A stretch of DNA of 64,000 bases from positions 2,944,001-3,008,000 of the forward strand of contig CAXXIA010000002.1 in NCBI GenBank assembly GCA_963666985.2, given 5' to 3'. Positions 38,991 through 49,110 of this stretch are shown here, one piece after another (the first letter of the stretch is position 1; each line of letters opens with the position of its first letter). The DNA is from Spirochaetia bacterium. GTDB lineage: Bacteria; Spirochaetota; Spirochaetia; DSM-2461. A model generated the notes under the pieces. The model did not search any database. It was not told the DNA's origin and was given only the letters and a program-made list of their open reading frames with translations. The position numbers and the translations under genes are program-made.

Positions 38991-41438
38991 ATGGCGGAAT
39001 TACTGGCACCGGGCGGCGGTTTCGAGGCGGCCGTGCGGGCTTTTGAGAACGGCGCCGATGCGGTGTATCTGGGATTGAGTGAATTCTCCGCGAGAAAAAG
39101 CGCGGTCAATTTTTCCATGGACGATCTTCGCCGTCTTCGCCGTTTTCAACCCGATAAAAAGCTTTATTTGGCTTTGAACACTTTGGTTCCCGATAAAGAT
39201 CTCTCTGGGGCCGGCGCGATCCTTCTGGATGCCCGGGATGCCGGAATTGATGCGGTGATTGTTCAGGACGCAGGGATTGCGAATTTGGTTCGGCGCCTTA
39301 CCCCGGAGCTTGCTCTTCACGCGTCCACGCAAATGGCCGTGCATAACGTTGAGGGGGCCCGGGAAGTCTTGGACGAGGGATTCACGCGCGCCGTTTTAGC
39401 GCGGGAATGTACATTGAAGGAAATCCGGGAGATACGGCGCGCCGTTCCGGAATTGGAACTGGAAGTGTTCGTTCACGGCGCGCTTTGTTTCGGTTTCTCC
39501 GGATTATGCCAGGCTTCGCAGTTTCTTCTCGGCCGTTCGGCCAATCGGGGAGAATGCGGACAGATCTGCCGCACTTGGTTTGAATCGGAAGGCCGAGCCG
39601 TGTATCCGTTCTCTCAAAACGATTTGGCGCTGGGAGGCCGGGTGAGGGATTTAGCCTCGGCCGGAGTTGCTTCCTTAAAAATCGAAGGGAGGATGAAGGG
39701 GCCGCAATATACGGCTTCGGTTTGCCGCTGGTACCGGATTCTTTTGGACGGCGATGATGATTCTGCCGGCGGAACCGATGCCGGCGGTCTCGGCGTGGGT
39801 ACGACGGGCGGTGAGAACGTTTTTAAGAAGCGCGGCGGTAAAAAAAACGGTACGGATACCGGCTGCGGCGCCGGATGTCCCGCCGAAGCCGGAGGGGATT
39901 ATCGCGAACCGGCCGAAGAGGCGGCGCTGAGTTTCTCCAGGAATCAAACGATCGGCCGGCTGGACGGCGGCAAGGGAAAAGACTTGCTGAATCCGGTTTA
40001 CCCCGGGCCGACCGGTTTGTTTGCCGGGAAGGTGCTGCGGCGGGACGGAAAGGGCGTGTTTCTTCGGGCCGGGAGGGATTTGGAGAGACGGGACGGTCTT
40101 CTTTGGTTTACAGCTGGTGCGCCCGGTGCCCCGCCTGAACCGCACAAGGGCGGCCTGATGTTCAGAGACGGGAAAAGATCTTCGGTTAAAAAGGGAGAAT
40201 CCGCCTGGATCGATCTGGTTAATCCTCCAAAAGAGGGTGAGGAAGTCCGCCTTCTTTCCCGGAGCGGGGATCATCCGAAAAAAGTAAATGCCGCTTCTTT
40301 CGGTTTGTATAAAACACCGATCGGCCTTCGGATTTCCCTCCGGGAAAATCGTTTGCATCTGCTGGGGACGTGCTTTGAGTTTTCCCGGGAGATGAGTGAT
40401 TCCGCGCCGGCGGAGGAAGCCCGGGCGCAGGGGCGTTTTATTCCGGCTGTAGAGAAGGCTTTTTCCGGTTCGGGAGAATCGGATTTCGTCTGTTCTCCTG
40501 TGATTGTTGAATCGCTAAAGTCTGCGGAGATGAAAAATGGTGGTGCGGCGGGTGAACCGTTTATACCGCCGGCTCGTTTGAAAAGGATAAGAAGAGAGTT
40601 CCTGAACGATTTTTCTAAGGCCTACGGGAATTGGAAAGAACAGCGGCTGAAAGCGGTGCTTCGGGAAATCGAGGAATGGAGCGGTGGTTCGGATTCTTGC
40701 GCCGCCCCGGCCAAACCGACGCGAACCATGATGATTTCGCCCTCATGGCTGCCTCTCCCTTTTCCGGCCGCCGTATCGGATTCTGATTTACGGGCCTCGG
40801 ATTTACCGGTGATCGGCGGTGTGTCTTTTCTGCCCCTGCCTCCGGTGGAGTTTCGTTCGGGGATTCTTCGGGAGCGGATTGAATCTTTGATTGAAGAGGC
40901 CTTCGGAAATGAGACGCGAAGGCTCTGCATCGGATTGAATAATCCCTCTCATGTTTATCTTGCCCGGCGGTTGGCGGAATGCAGGCCGGATGATATTGGA
41001 AGCGGACGTCTTTCGTTTTTTCTGGATTATGGACTTTATACGGTGAACCGCGCGGCTTGGGAATGGTACCGTCGGCGGGTGCCGGGTTTGATGTTTTTCG
41101 TCGAGTCTCTTGAATCGGAACAAGACGGCTGGGTTAGGCGGTATGCGGAAATCCCCGCGGTCCGGCTCGGTGAGGATTTTCCCATGCCTTTGTTTATTTC
41201 CCGGACTTGTCCGGTCCGTCATGCCGGTCTGAACGGGAATACGAAAATCGGGGAATGTCCCGTTTCGTGTAATGGGAATCGGGATTTTGTTCTCACGCAG
41301 AACGGACGAGAGTATCGAGTTCTCATGCGCAGCTGTTTGTGTTATGTCCTCTCCGGAAGTGTTTTGAGAGAGGAGTCCTTCTACCGTATCCAAAAAAAGG
41401 CGGAGAAAAAGGAAGAAAACATACCCTTCAATTCTTGA
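38991..41438 (+). CDS. U32 family protein (RlhA/TrhP-like Fe-S hydroxylase, long form)
   Basis: ELLAPGG, GADAVYLG, HASTQM, EVFVHGALC..SGLC, NRGECGQICR, KIEGRMK. Confidence 0.9.
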   Translation: MAELLAPGGGFEAAVRAFENGADAVYLGLSEFSARKSAVNFSMDDLRRLRRFQPDKKLYLALNTLVPDKDLSGAGAILLDARDAGIDAVIVQDAGIANLVRRLTPELALHASTQMAVHNVEGAREVLDEGFTRAVLARECTLKEIREIRRAVPELELEVFVHGALCFGFSGLCQASQFLLGRSANRGECGQICRTWFESEGRAVYPFSQNDLALGGRVRDLASAGVASLKIEGRMKGPQYTASVCRWYRILLDGDDDSAGGTDAGGLGVGTTGGENVFKKRGGKKNGTDTGCGAGCPAEAGGDYREPAEEAALSFSRNQTIGRLDGGKGKDLLNPVYPGPTGLFAGKVLRRDGKGVFLRAGRDLERRDGLLWFTAGAPGAPPEPHKGGLMFRDGKRSSVKKGESAWIDLVNPPKEGEEVRLLSRSGDHPKKVNAASFGLYKTPIGLRISLRENRLHLLGTCFEFSREMSDSAPAEEARAQGRFIPAVEKAFSGSGESDFVCSPVIVESLKSAEMKNGGAAGEPFIPPARLKRIRREFLNDFSKAYGNWKEQRLKAVLREIEEWSGGSDSCAAPAKPTRTMMISPSWLPLPFPAAVSDSDLRASDLPVIGGVSFLPLPPVEFRSGILRERIESLIEEAFGNETRRLCIGLNNPSHVYLARRLAECRPDDIGSGRLSFFLDYGLYTVNRAAWEWYRRRVPGLMFFVESLESEQDGWVRRYAEIPAVRLGEDFPMPLFISRTCPVRHAGLNGNTKIGECPVSCNGNRDFVLTQNGREYRVLMRSCLCYVLSGSVLREESFYRIQKKAEKKEENIPFNS

Positions 41439-41523
41439 ATTTGAGAGAATAGGATAAAATTCCTGAGATTGGCCTGATGAATCTCCAGAAAACCTTAAGA
41501 CTTGAACAACCGGAAGAAAACGC

Positions 41524-42504
41524 ATGGCGGATACGGAATTAATAAGAATTGAAATCTCGAATGAATATAATGTCTGTGTTCTTACAAAACCAATCCCTGA
41601 ATTGAAGCCGACTCAAGCATTGGCTAAAACTCGATATTCCCTTATAAGTCCCGGAACGGAGCTGGCAATATATCAGGGAACACATACAGGGCTGAAAGAT
41701 AAAGAGAACCACTGGGCTTCGTTCCCTTTTTCTCCGGGATATGCGGCGGTTGGTGAAGTTGTTCAAGTTGGAGAGGATTGTCAAAGCCTGACCGAAGGAG
41801 ATTTGATTTATTACGAGGGAAATCACGCATCGCATCAGGTTCTTAACGACAGTGATTTCACCGTAAAACTTGATGAGAATCATCCCTTGGAGAAAGTTGT
41901 TTGGGCGCGTTTCGCGCAGATAGCATATACGAGTCTGGCCGTAAATCCGGAGAAGCCGCCGGAAGTGCTGATTTTCGGGGCTGGAATGATTGGAAATCTC
42001 GCGGCTCAGCTCAGCAGGGAGATTTGTAAGAACCGAGCGTTTATTACCGACATTGTGGAATCGCGTCTGTCGATTGCCGAGAAGTGCGGCATTATGGTAT
42101 CAAGATCCTCTGATAATGATAAGAAATGGCCATGTATTATCGATGCGACAGGCTTGCCTTCAATGATTTCTCCGGAGCTGAACTTGTTGGAGAAAGAAGG
42201 AACTTTGATTCTCTTGGGATCAACTCGGGGGAATCTTGCTGATTTTGATCTCTATAATTTAATTCATAGAAAATGCAGCCGAATTCTTGGAGCTCATGAA
42301 TCTTTTATTTCTCCGGAACAAAAATCCATCAAGAGAAATAAGCGGCTTATTGTCGAGAAACTGATTAACCTTATCGCGGAAGACCGGATTATTGTCGCGC
42401 CTTTAGTAACGCATTCGATTACATGCAATGAAATCAAAGACGCCTATGAGGGGTTAATTAACGAGAAAGAAAAATATATGGGTGTTCTTATCAGGTGGGA
42501 ATAA
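41524..42504 (+). CDS. MDR-superfamily (zinc-binding alcohol dehydrogenase-like) oxidoreductase
   Basis: SLISPGTE, PGYAAVG, GAGMIG, IDATG, LVTH. Confidence 0.85.
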   Translation: MADTELIRIEISNEYNVCVLTKPIPELKPTQALAKTRYSLISPGTELAIYQGTHTGLKDKENHWASFPFSPGYAAVGEVVQVGEDCQSLTEGDLIYYEGNHASHQVLNDSDFTVKLDENHPLEKVVWARFAQIAYTSLAVNPEKPPEVLIFGAGMIGNLAAQLSREICKNRAFITDIVESRLSIAEKCGIMVSRSSDNDKKWPCIIDATGLPSMISPELNLLEKEGTLILLGSTRGNLADFDLYNLIHRKCSRILGAHESFISPEQKSIKRNKRLIVEKLINLIAEDRIIVAPLVTHSITCNEIKDAYEGLINEKEKYMGVLIRWE

Positions 42505-42511
42505 TCTTCTT

Positions 42512-44206
42512 ATGATTCTACGGCGTTCTCTCTCAACAATCTTAAGAAATCTGACAATAAAAAAACGTTTGAGAATGTCATACTATCTATTGTCCATTGT
42601 CCCTATTCTTATTTTAGTTACTATTTTTTATGTATACGGTTATAGAAATCTGAAAGTTAACAATACGGTCTATACATCGAATATGCTGGGCCAGATTAAA
42701 GAACGATTTGATTTCTATATGATTAAGCACATCGAAATTTGTGTGAAGATTTCCATGGATAAAAGCCTTATTCGGTTTCTTAAAGAATACGAGGTTTCGG
42801 ATGAAAATCGGGCGGGATATATAAGAAAAGAAATTTACGATTACATTGTCAATAATACAGGATATTCTTTCGAACCCATTTTTCTTGAAATTTATAAGGA
42901 TGGTGCTCCGATTATAAGTGAACCGCATCCTCTGATTTCGAATGAGTTTTACTCGGCCCATGTTTTTCCGGCACTTTCCGATGGATTGTACCATAATGCT
43001 TATTTTATTTATGAAGGTGCGGAAACCGAAGGGAAAGCGTATTCAAAATATATTCTGATCGTTCGAAATATCATGGAGATCGGGCGGACGAAAATTCATG
43101 GTCAGGTAATTTATGGACTGATCAGTCCTTTCTCCATATCGGCGGACGACAAGGAAAATTATTTCTACGTTGCGGATGACTCACACCGGAAGCTCCTCGC
43201 GTTGTCTCAGGACCGGCAAAATAAAATACCGGAATTGTTTGATGAAAATCCCCGTGATTATATCAAGCGCAGTGTGATTTCCGAAACGACGGGCTGGACG
43301 ATTTTTGCTCTTACAAATAAACGGGAGGTATTTAAAGAAACCAGAATCGTTTCGATTACGGCCATAATAATTATTGTTGCTATTTTAGTAATGGTTTCCA
43401 TGCTTTTTTCATTCGTTACGAATTCAATTGATATCCCACTTAGAGTTCTCTCCGAGAAATTGGAGAAATACATCTCATCGGGGTATGTTTCGGATTTATC
43501 AGTCAGCGGTCATGACGAATTGGCGAAAATATCTCAAGATTTTGGACGTATTCTTCATCGATATAATATACTCAATAAAAAGTTTGAGCATTCCGAGAGA
43601 GCTTATAAATCGGAACATTTCAATTATCTTCAATCCCAAGTCAATCCGCATTTTCTCTATAATGCACTCGATTCTATAAACTGGATGGCATACCTGAATC
43701 AAAATCAACAGATTTATTCGGTTGTAAAGAATCTATCAACGTATTTCCGGCTCCTTTTGAATAACGGGAAGGATATTTATCCGTTGGAAACGGAGATACG
43801 GCTTATAGAAAGCTACTTGGAGATTGTGAACTCAACAAGGAATGAGAACATCAACTGCCATTTCGATATCGCAGAGGAATGTAAGAGTGCTTATATCTTG
43901 AAGCTCATGATTCAGCCTTTGGTTGAGAATTCGATTAAACATGCCTTTCAAGATGAAACGGATTGCCACATATACGTTTCCGCGATAAAAAAAGTCGGAT
44001 TTCTAGAAATCCAAGTTTCCGATAACGGTTCGGGGCCCAAAAAAATTCCGTTTGAGTTAAAAGAAAGTGATTTCGGTTTATCAAATATCGCTGAAAGGAT
44101 TCATCTATTTTATGGTAACCGTTCCGACATAAGTTTCGGGAAAGATCGTCGGTACGGAGGCTTCCAAATCACCATTACCATACCCTTCAAACCGGATGAG
44201 AGTTAG
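42512..44206 (+). CDS. YesM-like sensor histidine kinase
   Basis: 2 TM plus HAMP, LQSQVNPHFLYNALDSI, IQPLVENSIKH, VSDNGSG. Confidence 0.92.
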   Translation: MILRRSLSTILRNLTIKKRLRMSYYLLSIVPILILVTIFYVYGYRNLKVNNTVYTSNMLGQIKERFDFYMIKHIEICVKISMDKSLIRFLKEYEVSDENRAGYIRKEIYDYIVNNTGYSFEPIFLEIYKDGAPIISEPHPLISNEFYSAHVFPALSDGLYHNAYFIYEGAETEGKAYSKYILIVRNIMEIGRTKIHGQVIYGLISPFSISADDKENYFYVADDSHRKLLALSQDRQNKIPELFDENPRDYIKRSVISETTGWTIFALTNKREVFKETRIVSITAIIIIVAILVMVSMLFSFVTNSIDIPLRVLSEKLEKYISSGYVSDLSVSGHDELAKISQDFGRILHRYNILNKKFEHSERAYKSEHFNYLQSQVNPHFLYNALDSINWMAYLNQNQQIYSVVKNLSTYFRLLLNNGKDIYPLETEIRLIESYLEIVNSTRNENINCHFDIAEECKSAYILKLMIQPLVENSIKHAFQDETDCHIYVSAIKKVGFLEIQVSDNGSGPKKIPFELKESDFGLSNIAERIHLFYGNRSDISFGKDRRYGGFQITITIPFKPDES

Positions 44207-44956
44207 ATGTTCGTTTTTATTGCGGATGATGATAAATATTTAAGGGAAGGAATTGCAACCTTTCTTAAGAAAAGCTATGGCTCCGATGTCTCCGTTAAGA
44301 TGTTTGCCAATGGTGTGGATGCATTGAATGCAATTCGTAAAAATGTGCCGGATGTACTGATTACCGATATTAAAATGCCGCTTCTTGATGGATTAACCCT
44401 TGTTTCTGAGATTGATAAGAATATTCATATTATTATTCTCAGCGCATATCGGGATTTCGAATTCGCGAAGCAGGCCATTTCTTTGAGAGTTGATGCGTTT
44501 ATTACAAAACCGATTGATCTTGATGAACTGGGGGCGAGTTTTGAGCAAATCTATCGTGATTTGTCCTGTATGAAAAATTCGTGTTCCGGATTAAGCATTC
44601 TTTTGGATGAACATTGTCATGCCGGAAAGGAAAACTCGATTATTCAGAGAATCTATGACCTAACGAAAGAAGAGAAAGGGAATATCTCATTGAATCTATT
44701 AAGTTCCGAATTATCAATGAACTCTTCCTACTTGAGCGTTGTTTTTAAAGAAAAGACGGGTAAGAATTTTAATCGGTGGCTTCGGGAAATTAAGGCGACC
44801 GTGGCGAAATACTATTTAAAAGAAACTTCTCGGACGATTTATCAGATTAGTGAAATTCTGGGATATTGTGACGCCAAAAGCTTTTCCGGTATGTTTAAGA
44901 AGGAAACAGGCTATACACCTATTTATTATAGAAAAAAAGTATTATCAAAAGAATAG
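44207..44956 (+). CDS. Response regulator (REC plus AraC)
   Basis: IADDD, TDIKMPLLDG, KP, ISEILGY...FKKETGYTP. Confidence 0.92.
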   Translation: MFVFIADDDKYLREGIATFLKKSYGSDVSVKMFANGVDALNAIRKNVPDVLITDIKMPLLDGLTLVSEIDKNIHIIILSAYRDFEFAKQAISLRVDAFITKPIDLDELGASFEQIYRDLSCMKNSCSGLSILLDEHCHAGKENSIIQRIYDLTKEEKGNISLNLLSSELSMNSSYLSVVFKEKTGKNFNRWLREIKATVAKYYLKETSRTIYQISEILGYCDAKSFSGMFKKETGYTPIYYRKKVLSKE

Positions 44957-45042
44957 TTCGCAAAAACTGAATTTATCCTACCTTTTTTAGTATCCGAAAC
45001 AGAGCATAAACTATTTTAAGAAAGTCTTATAGGAGGTTTCAT

Positions 45043-46347
45043 GTGAAAAAAATACTTATGGGTTTTGTTCTGTTATCCCTCGCTGCCGGAATGCTTGCGG
45101 CTTCGGGACAGTCGGATAAAAGCACCGAATCGGCCGTCAAAGAACTGATATTCTGGGACATGGTTTGGGGACCGGCGGATACGTATGCCGAAGCGTCCCG
45201 GCAGGTCGCGGATGAGTTCAATTCGTCACAAGACGGCATCCAAGTAACGGTCCAATCAACGCCATGGAATTCATGGTATGAGAAATTCTTAACGGCGGTA
45301 ACCAGCGGAACCGCTCCTGATGTCGCGACATGCAGTTCGTCGGCGCCATATTTGTTTGGTAATATGGGAGAGCTGCTGGATCTTTCGGACATTGTTCGTG
45401 AATGGAAGGATGATGGAGATATCAATCAGGTGTATTTCGATACCTACAATTATGGAGGTAATCAGTTCGCCATTCCTTGGAACGTCGATACACGCTGCTT
45501 TTATTACAGAACCGATGTTTTTAGCGATTTGGGTATTGATCCGGCGGGAATTAAGACCTGGGATGATTTTCTGGACGCACTGAGAAAGGTCCGGGACAAT
45601 ACGGAACTCATTCCGTTCTCAGTCGCCGGTGCCGATAATATGGCCAAGCATTTCGGTTATCAAATGATGCTCAGCAATGCAATCGGTATGGTTGACCGAG
45701 ATTTAAACGCGGATTTGGACGCCCGTGCGAATATTGAGATTGGTGAATTCTATAACGAACTTGTTAAGGAAGGTCTTATTCTCGACGGAACCATCGGTTA
45801 CAAAGAAACGGATTCACAGCGATTGTATTATCAAGGGGATGCGGCCGTTCTTTTCCATACCGTTGGAACCGAAATCCTTCAGTATTCTGAAATTGCCGAT
45901 AAGTCCGCTATTCTGCCCGTTTTTCACGGCCCGAGCAGCGATACGCCCAGAAATGCGAGTTTCATCAATCCCATCGTTGTTTTCTCGCAATCCGATACAC
46001 CCGATGCGGCAATCTCATTCGTAAAGTGGTGGTCGAAGAACAATACGAAACTGTGGACTGAAGGCCGCGCCAGCAGTATGCCTGTCCGTAACAGCATCCT
46101 GGCCGATCCGTATTTTTCATCCAACTGGGTAATGAAAGAAACAAAAGACTTGCTTTTGCCCTACAACGCATCGGCCGGATTCTACCCATTAAAATCGGAA
46201 TATCCCGGATTCGCGGCGCTGAACGGAGAAAAGTATGCGGCTTTATATTTTCAATCCGTTATCGCGGAAAACGGGAAAGCTGATGTGAAAGGCATTGCTT
46301 CGGATCTCAACGAAAAGATCGGTTCTCTTCTTTTGGAATCCAAGTAA
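45043..46347 (+). CDS. Carbohydrate ABC transporter substrate-binding protein (CUT1)
   Basis: Signal peptide, SGTAPDV, AIPWNVD..YYRTD, TWDDF; AGGAGG RBS. Confidence 0.92.
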   Translation: MKKILMGFVLLSLAAGMLAASGQSDKSTESAVKELIFWDMVWGPADTYAEASRQVADEFNSSQDGIQVTVQSTPWNSWYEKFLTAVTSGTAPDVATCSSSAPYLFGNMGELLDLSDIVREWKDDGDINQVYFDTYNYGGNQFAIPWNVDTRCFYYRTDVFSDLGIDPAGIKTWDDFLDALRKVRDNTELIPFSVAGADNMAKHFGYQMMLSNAIGMVDRDLNADLDARANIEIGEFYNELVKEGLILDGTIGYKETDSQRLYYQGDAAVLFHTVGTEILQYSEIADKSAILPVFHGPSSDTPRNASFINPIVVFSQSDTPDAAISFVKWWSKNNTKLWTEGRASSMPVRNSILADPYFSSNWVMKETKDLLLPYNASAGFYPLKSEYPGFAALNGEKYAALYFQSVIAENGKADVKGIASDLNEKIGSLLLESK

Positions 46348-46419
46348 TTAATGCTGTCTGCCGTAGGGGGACTCCCCTGCGGCTTATTAAACGCGATCAT
46401 TTCACGAAGGCTTTTATTC

Positions 46420-47310
46420 ATGTTGAGTTCCCAGAAACTGCTTTATAGCCGAAAAATCGGTTACCTTTTCTTATTCTTGCCTTTTTCTATTCTTGCGGTT
46501 ATTCGACTCTATCCGATGCTGAGGGGCATTCTGCTGAGTTTCACCGATTTCAGCCTTCTTTCGCCGAAGGACGTTAATTTCATCGGTTTTCAGAATTTCA
46601 AAAAGGCTCTGACCGGAGATAAAGAATTTTATTCGGTTATCTATTTCAGCGTTCTCTACACATTTTCAGTGGTTTTACTGAGCTATGTTTTCGGTCTGTT
46701 CCTCGCTTTGCTTTTGAATACGGATATTAAGTTGAAAGGATTGTTTCGAGTTTTGATTCTTCTTCCGTGGGTTATCCCTCCCGCGGTCGCCGCGACGAAC
46801 TGGCTATGGCTGCTTAACGATCAAAACGGTCTTATTAATCTTGCATTACTCAGGCTGGGTATAATCGATAGTCCTATTTTGTTTTTCGCCAGTAAGGAAA
46901 TGGCCCGCTTTACCGCGATTATGTTCGGTACTTGGAAGTCCATGCCGTTTATGATGATTGTTCTTTTGTCGGGACTTCAAACGATACCGAGTCATCTGTA
47001 TGAATCGGCGGTTATCGACGGCGCCGGAGTCTTGCGGCAATTCTTTCGAATCACATTACCCCTTCTTCGGAATGTATCAATTGTCTGTATCAGTTTGATG
47101 TTCATTTGGACATTCAATGATTTTGAGCAGATATACCTCCTTACGGAGGGAGGACCGATTAATGCGACGTATGTCCTGCCGATATACTCCTATTTCCTCG
47201 CATTCTTTCGGCTGAAGATGGGTTACTCATCGGCTATTTCCGTCATCGCTTTGTTCTTTCTTTCCATTGTTTCGACAATCAATGTTCGACAGCAGCGGGA
47301 CAATTTTTAG
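46420..47310 (+). CDS. Carbohydrate ABC permease (MalF-like)
   Basis: FIGFQNF, LPWVIP, GLQTIP..LYESAVIDGA (EAA motif). Confidence 0.93.
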   Translation: MLSSQKLLYSRKIGYLFLFLPFSILAVIRLYPMLRGILLSFTDFSLLSPKDVNFIGFQNFKKALTGDKEFYSVIYFSVLYTFSVVLLSYVFGLFLALLLNTDIKLKGLFRVLILLPWVIPPAVAATNWLWLLNDQNGLINLALLRLGIIDSPILFFASKEMARFTAIMFGTWKSMPFMMIVLLSGLQTIPSHLYESAVIDGAGVLRQFFRITLPLLRNVSIVCISLMFIWTFNDFEQIYLLTEGGPINATYVLPIYSYFLAFFRLKMGYSSAISVIALFFLSIVSTINVRQQRDNF

Positions 47311-47319
47311 GGTGCAATT

Positions 47320-48141
47320 ATGAGTGATCAGCGAAAAATCATCATATATATTTGTCTTATCTCGGCCGTGTTTATTATCAGTCTCCCAACGCTTTCAATG
47401 CTTGGGACATCATTTAAATCCGCCGGGGAGATTTTAACGAGTCATAAACTGCTTCCGAGTCACTTTACAATAGTGAATTATCAGAAGGCCTTGAAGCAGG
47501 CCGGATTCGGAATCAATATCCGGAACAGCCTTATTTATGCGGTTACCGTGACGGCTTTGTGTCTTTTCGTCGCATCCATGGGCGGATACGCGATCTCCCG
47601 ATTTAAGAATCCGGAATTCAGGGGATTCGCGTTTCTTCTTCTCATCTACCAGATGTTTCCCGCGATGCTGTTTATCATTCCTTTGAATCTGCTATTCAAG
47701 AAGCTCGGCCTTCTCGATACCCCCTATTCCGTCATTCTCGGATATCTTTCCTCATCCCTGCCTTTTTCAATTTGGATGCTGAAGGGGTACTTCGACAACA
47801 TTCCCACGAGCATGGAAGAATCGGCGATGATGGACGGCTGCAGTCATTATCAGACTTTGTTCAAGATTATTTATCCTGTTTCACTTCCGGGCATGGCGGC
47901 GGTTGCCATTTTTACGTTTATTCGTGTGTGGAATGAGTATCTTCTCGCCAGCATTCTGCTTCAAAGCGAAAAATATATGACATTGACGGTTGGCCTGCAG
48001 AAATTCGTTCAGGAGTTTCAGATCGACTGGGGAGGCTTGAGTGCGGCGTCATCGTTGTCCATTGTTCCGTCGCTTATTTTCATGCTGTTTTTTCAAAAGT
48101 ACCTCATTTCCGGTTTAACCTCGGGGTCTCTTAAAGGGTAA
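47320..48141 (+). CDS. Carbohydrate ABC permease (MalG-like)
   Basis: NSL, GYAISRF, IPTSMEESAMMDG, WNEYL, FQKYLISGLTSGSLKG. Confidence 0.94.
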   Translation: MSDQRKIIIYICLISAVFIISLPTLSMLGTSFKSAGEILTSHKLLPSHFTIVNYQKALKQAGFGINIRNSLIYAVTVTALCLFVASMGGYAISRFKNPEFRGFAFLLLIYQMFPAMLFIIPLNLLFKKLGLLDTPYSVILGYLSSSLPFSIWMLKGYFDNIPTSMEESAMMDGCSHYQTLFKIIYPVSLPGMAAVAIFTFIRVWNEYLLASILLQSEKYMTLTVGLQKFVQEFQIDWGGLSAASSLSIVPSLIFMLFFQKYLISGLTSGSLKG

Positions 48142-48202
48142 GGAAAACGCAATTCATGGACGGGCTGAAATCTTATAAGACAAAGAATATAAGGAGAATT
48201 AC

Positions 48203-48991
48203 ATGGTAGAACCCAAATCTCAAATTGCGGTTACGCTGTATGGTCTGCGCGACTTTTGCCGGACTCGAGATGAGTTGGATATGACGGTGGCGAAAGTCAA
48301 AAGCATAGGATATCAAGCTGTTCAGATATCCGGCATCGGTCCGATTTCACCGGAAGAGGTCAGGAGTATTCTGGAAAAACATGATATGTACTGCTGCGCC
48401 ACTCATGAAAATTTGAATGCATATGAAAATCACTTCGACGCGGTTGTTGCGAAAATGAAACTTTGGGATTGTCCGTTTACCGCTCTGGGATATCCGGGTG
48501 ACGATTTCTGGCGTCCGGATGGGGCTTTGGAGTTAGCTCAGCGTCTGCAGGTTATAGGCGATATGTTTCATAAGAAGGGGATTACGTTCGGCTATCACAA
48601 TCATCATCATGAGTTCGTTCGTTATGGAGAAGTCACTTTTCTCGATGAAATTTATCAACGTACCGATGATGTTCTTTTTGCCGAACTCGATACCCATTGG
48701 ATTCAGAGGGGAGGCGGTGATCCCATCTCTTGGATTCGTAAGATGAAAGGGCGGCTGTCGGTGATTCATCTTAAAGATTTTGCCGTTAAAAATGACGATA
48801 AACTGCCGGCGGTTCCCGAATATGCCGAAATCGGCGAGGGGAACCTTCCTTGGCCGGAGATTCTGAAGGCCGGGGAGGAGTGCGGAGTTCGGTGGTATGT
48901 TGTCGAGCAGGATGAACCTCGTATGGGGCGGGATATTTTCGATTCAATACGGATTTCGTTTGAGAACCTTCGAAATTTCGGTTTGAATTAG
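48203..48991 (+). CDS. Sugar phosphate isomerase/epimerase (AP_endonuc_2 TIM barrel)
   Basis: YHNHHHEF, ELDTHW, HLKD, GEG.LPW, VEQD. Confidence 0.88.
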   Translation: MVEPKSQIAVTLYGLRDFCRTRDELDMTVAKVKSIGYQAVQISGIGPISPEEVRSILEKHDMYCCATHENLNAYENHFDAVVAKMKLWDCPFTALGYPGDDFWRPDGALELAQRLQVIGDMFHKKGITFGYHNHHHEFVRYGEVTFLDEIYQRTDDVLFAELDTHWIQRGGGDPISWIRKMKGRLSVIHLKDFAVKNDDKLPAVPEYAEIGEGNLPWPEILKAGEECGVRWYVVEQDEPRMGRDIFDSIRISFENLRNFGLN

Positions 48992-49110
48992 TGCCCCATA
49001 CGCGCCTCGGCACGGCGGAATCGTGATGCGGCGAGAGTTGTGCCGAGAAATCAGGCGAGTGATCTTTCCGATACCCGCAATATGAACCGCGAGAACCAAT
49101 AGTGCACTGA

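Noticed and set aside
49006..49057. Stem CTCGGCAC...GTGCCGAG as an ncRNA or island attachment site
   Set aside because: It is only an 8-11 bp GC-rich stem with no matching copy seen at the other island end; insufficient support.
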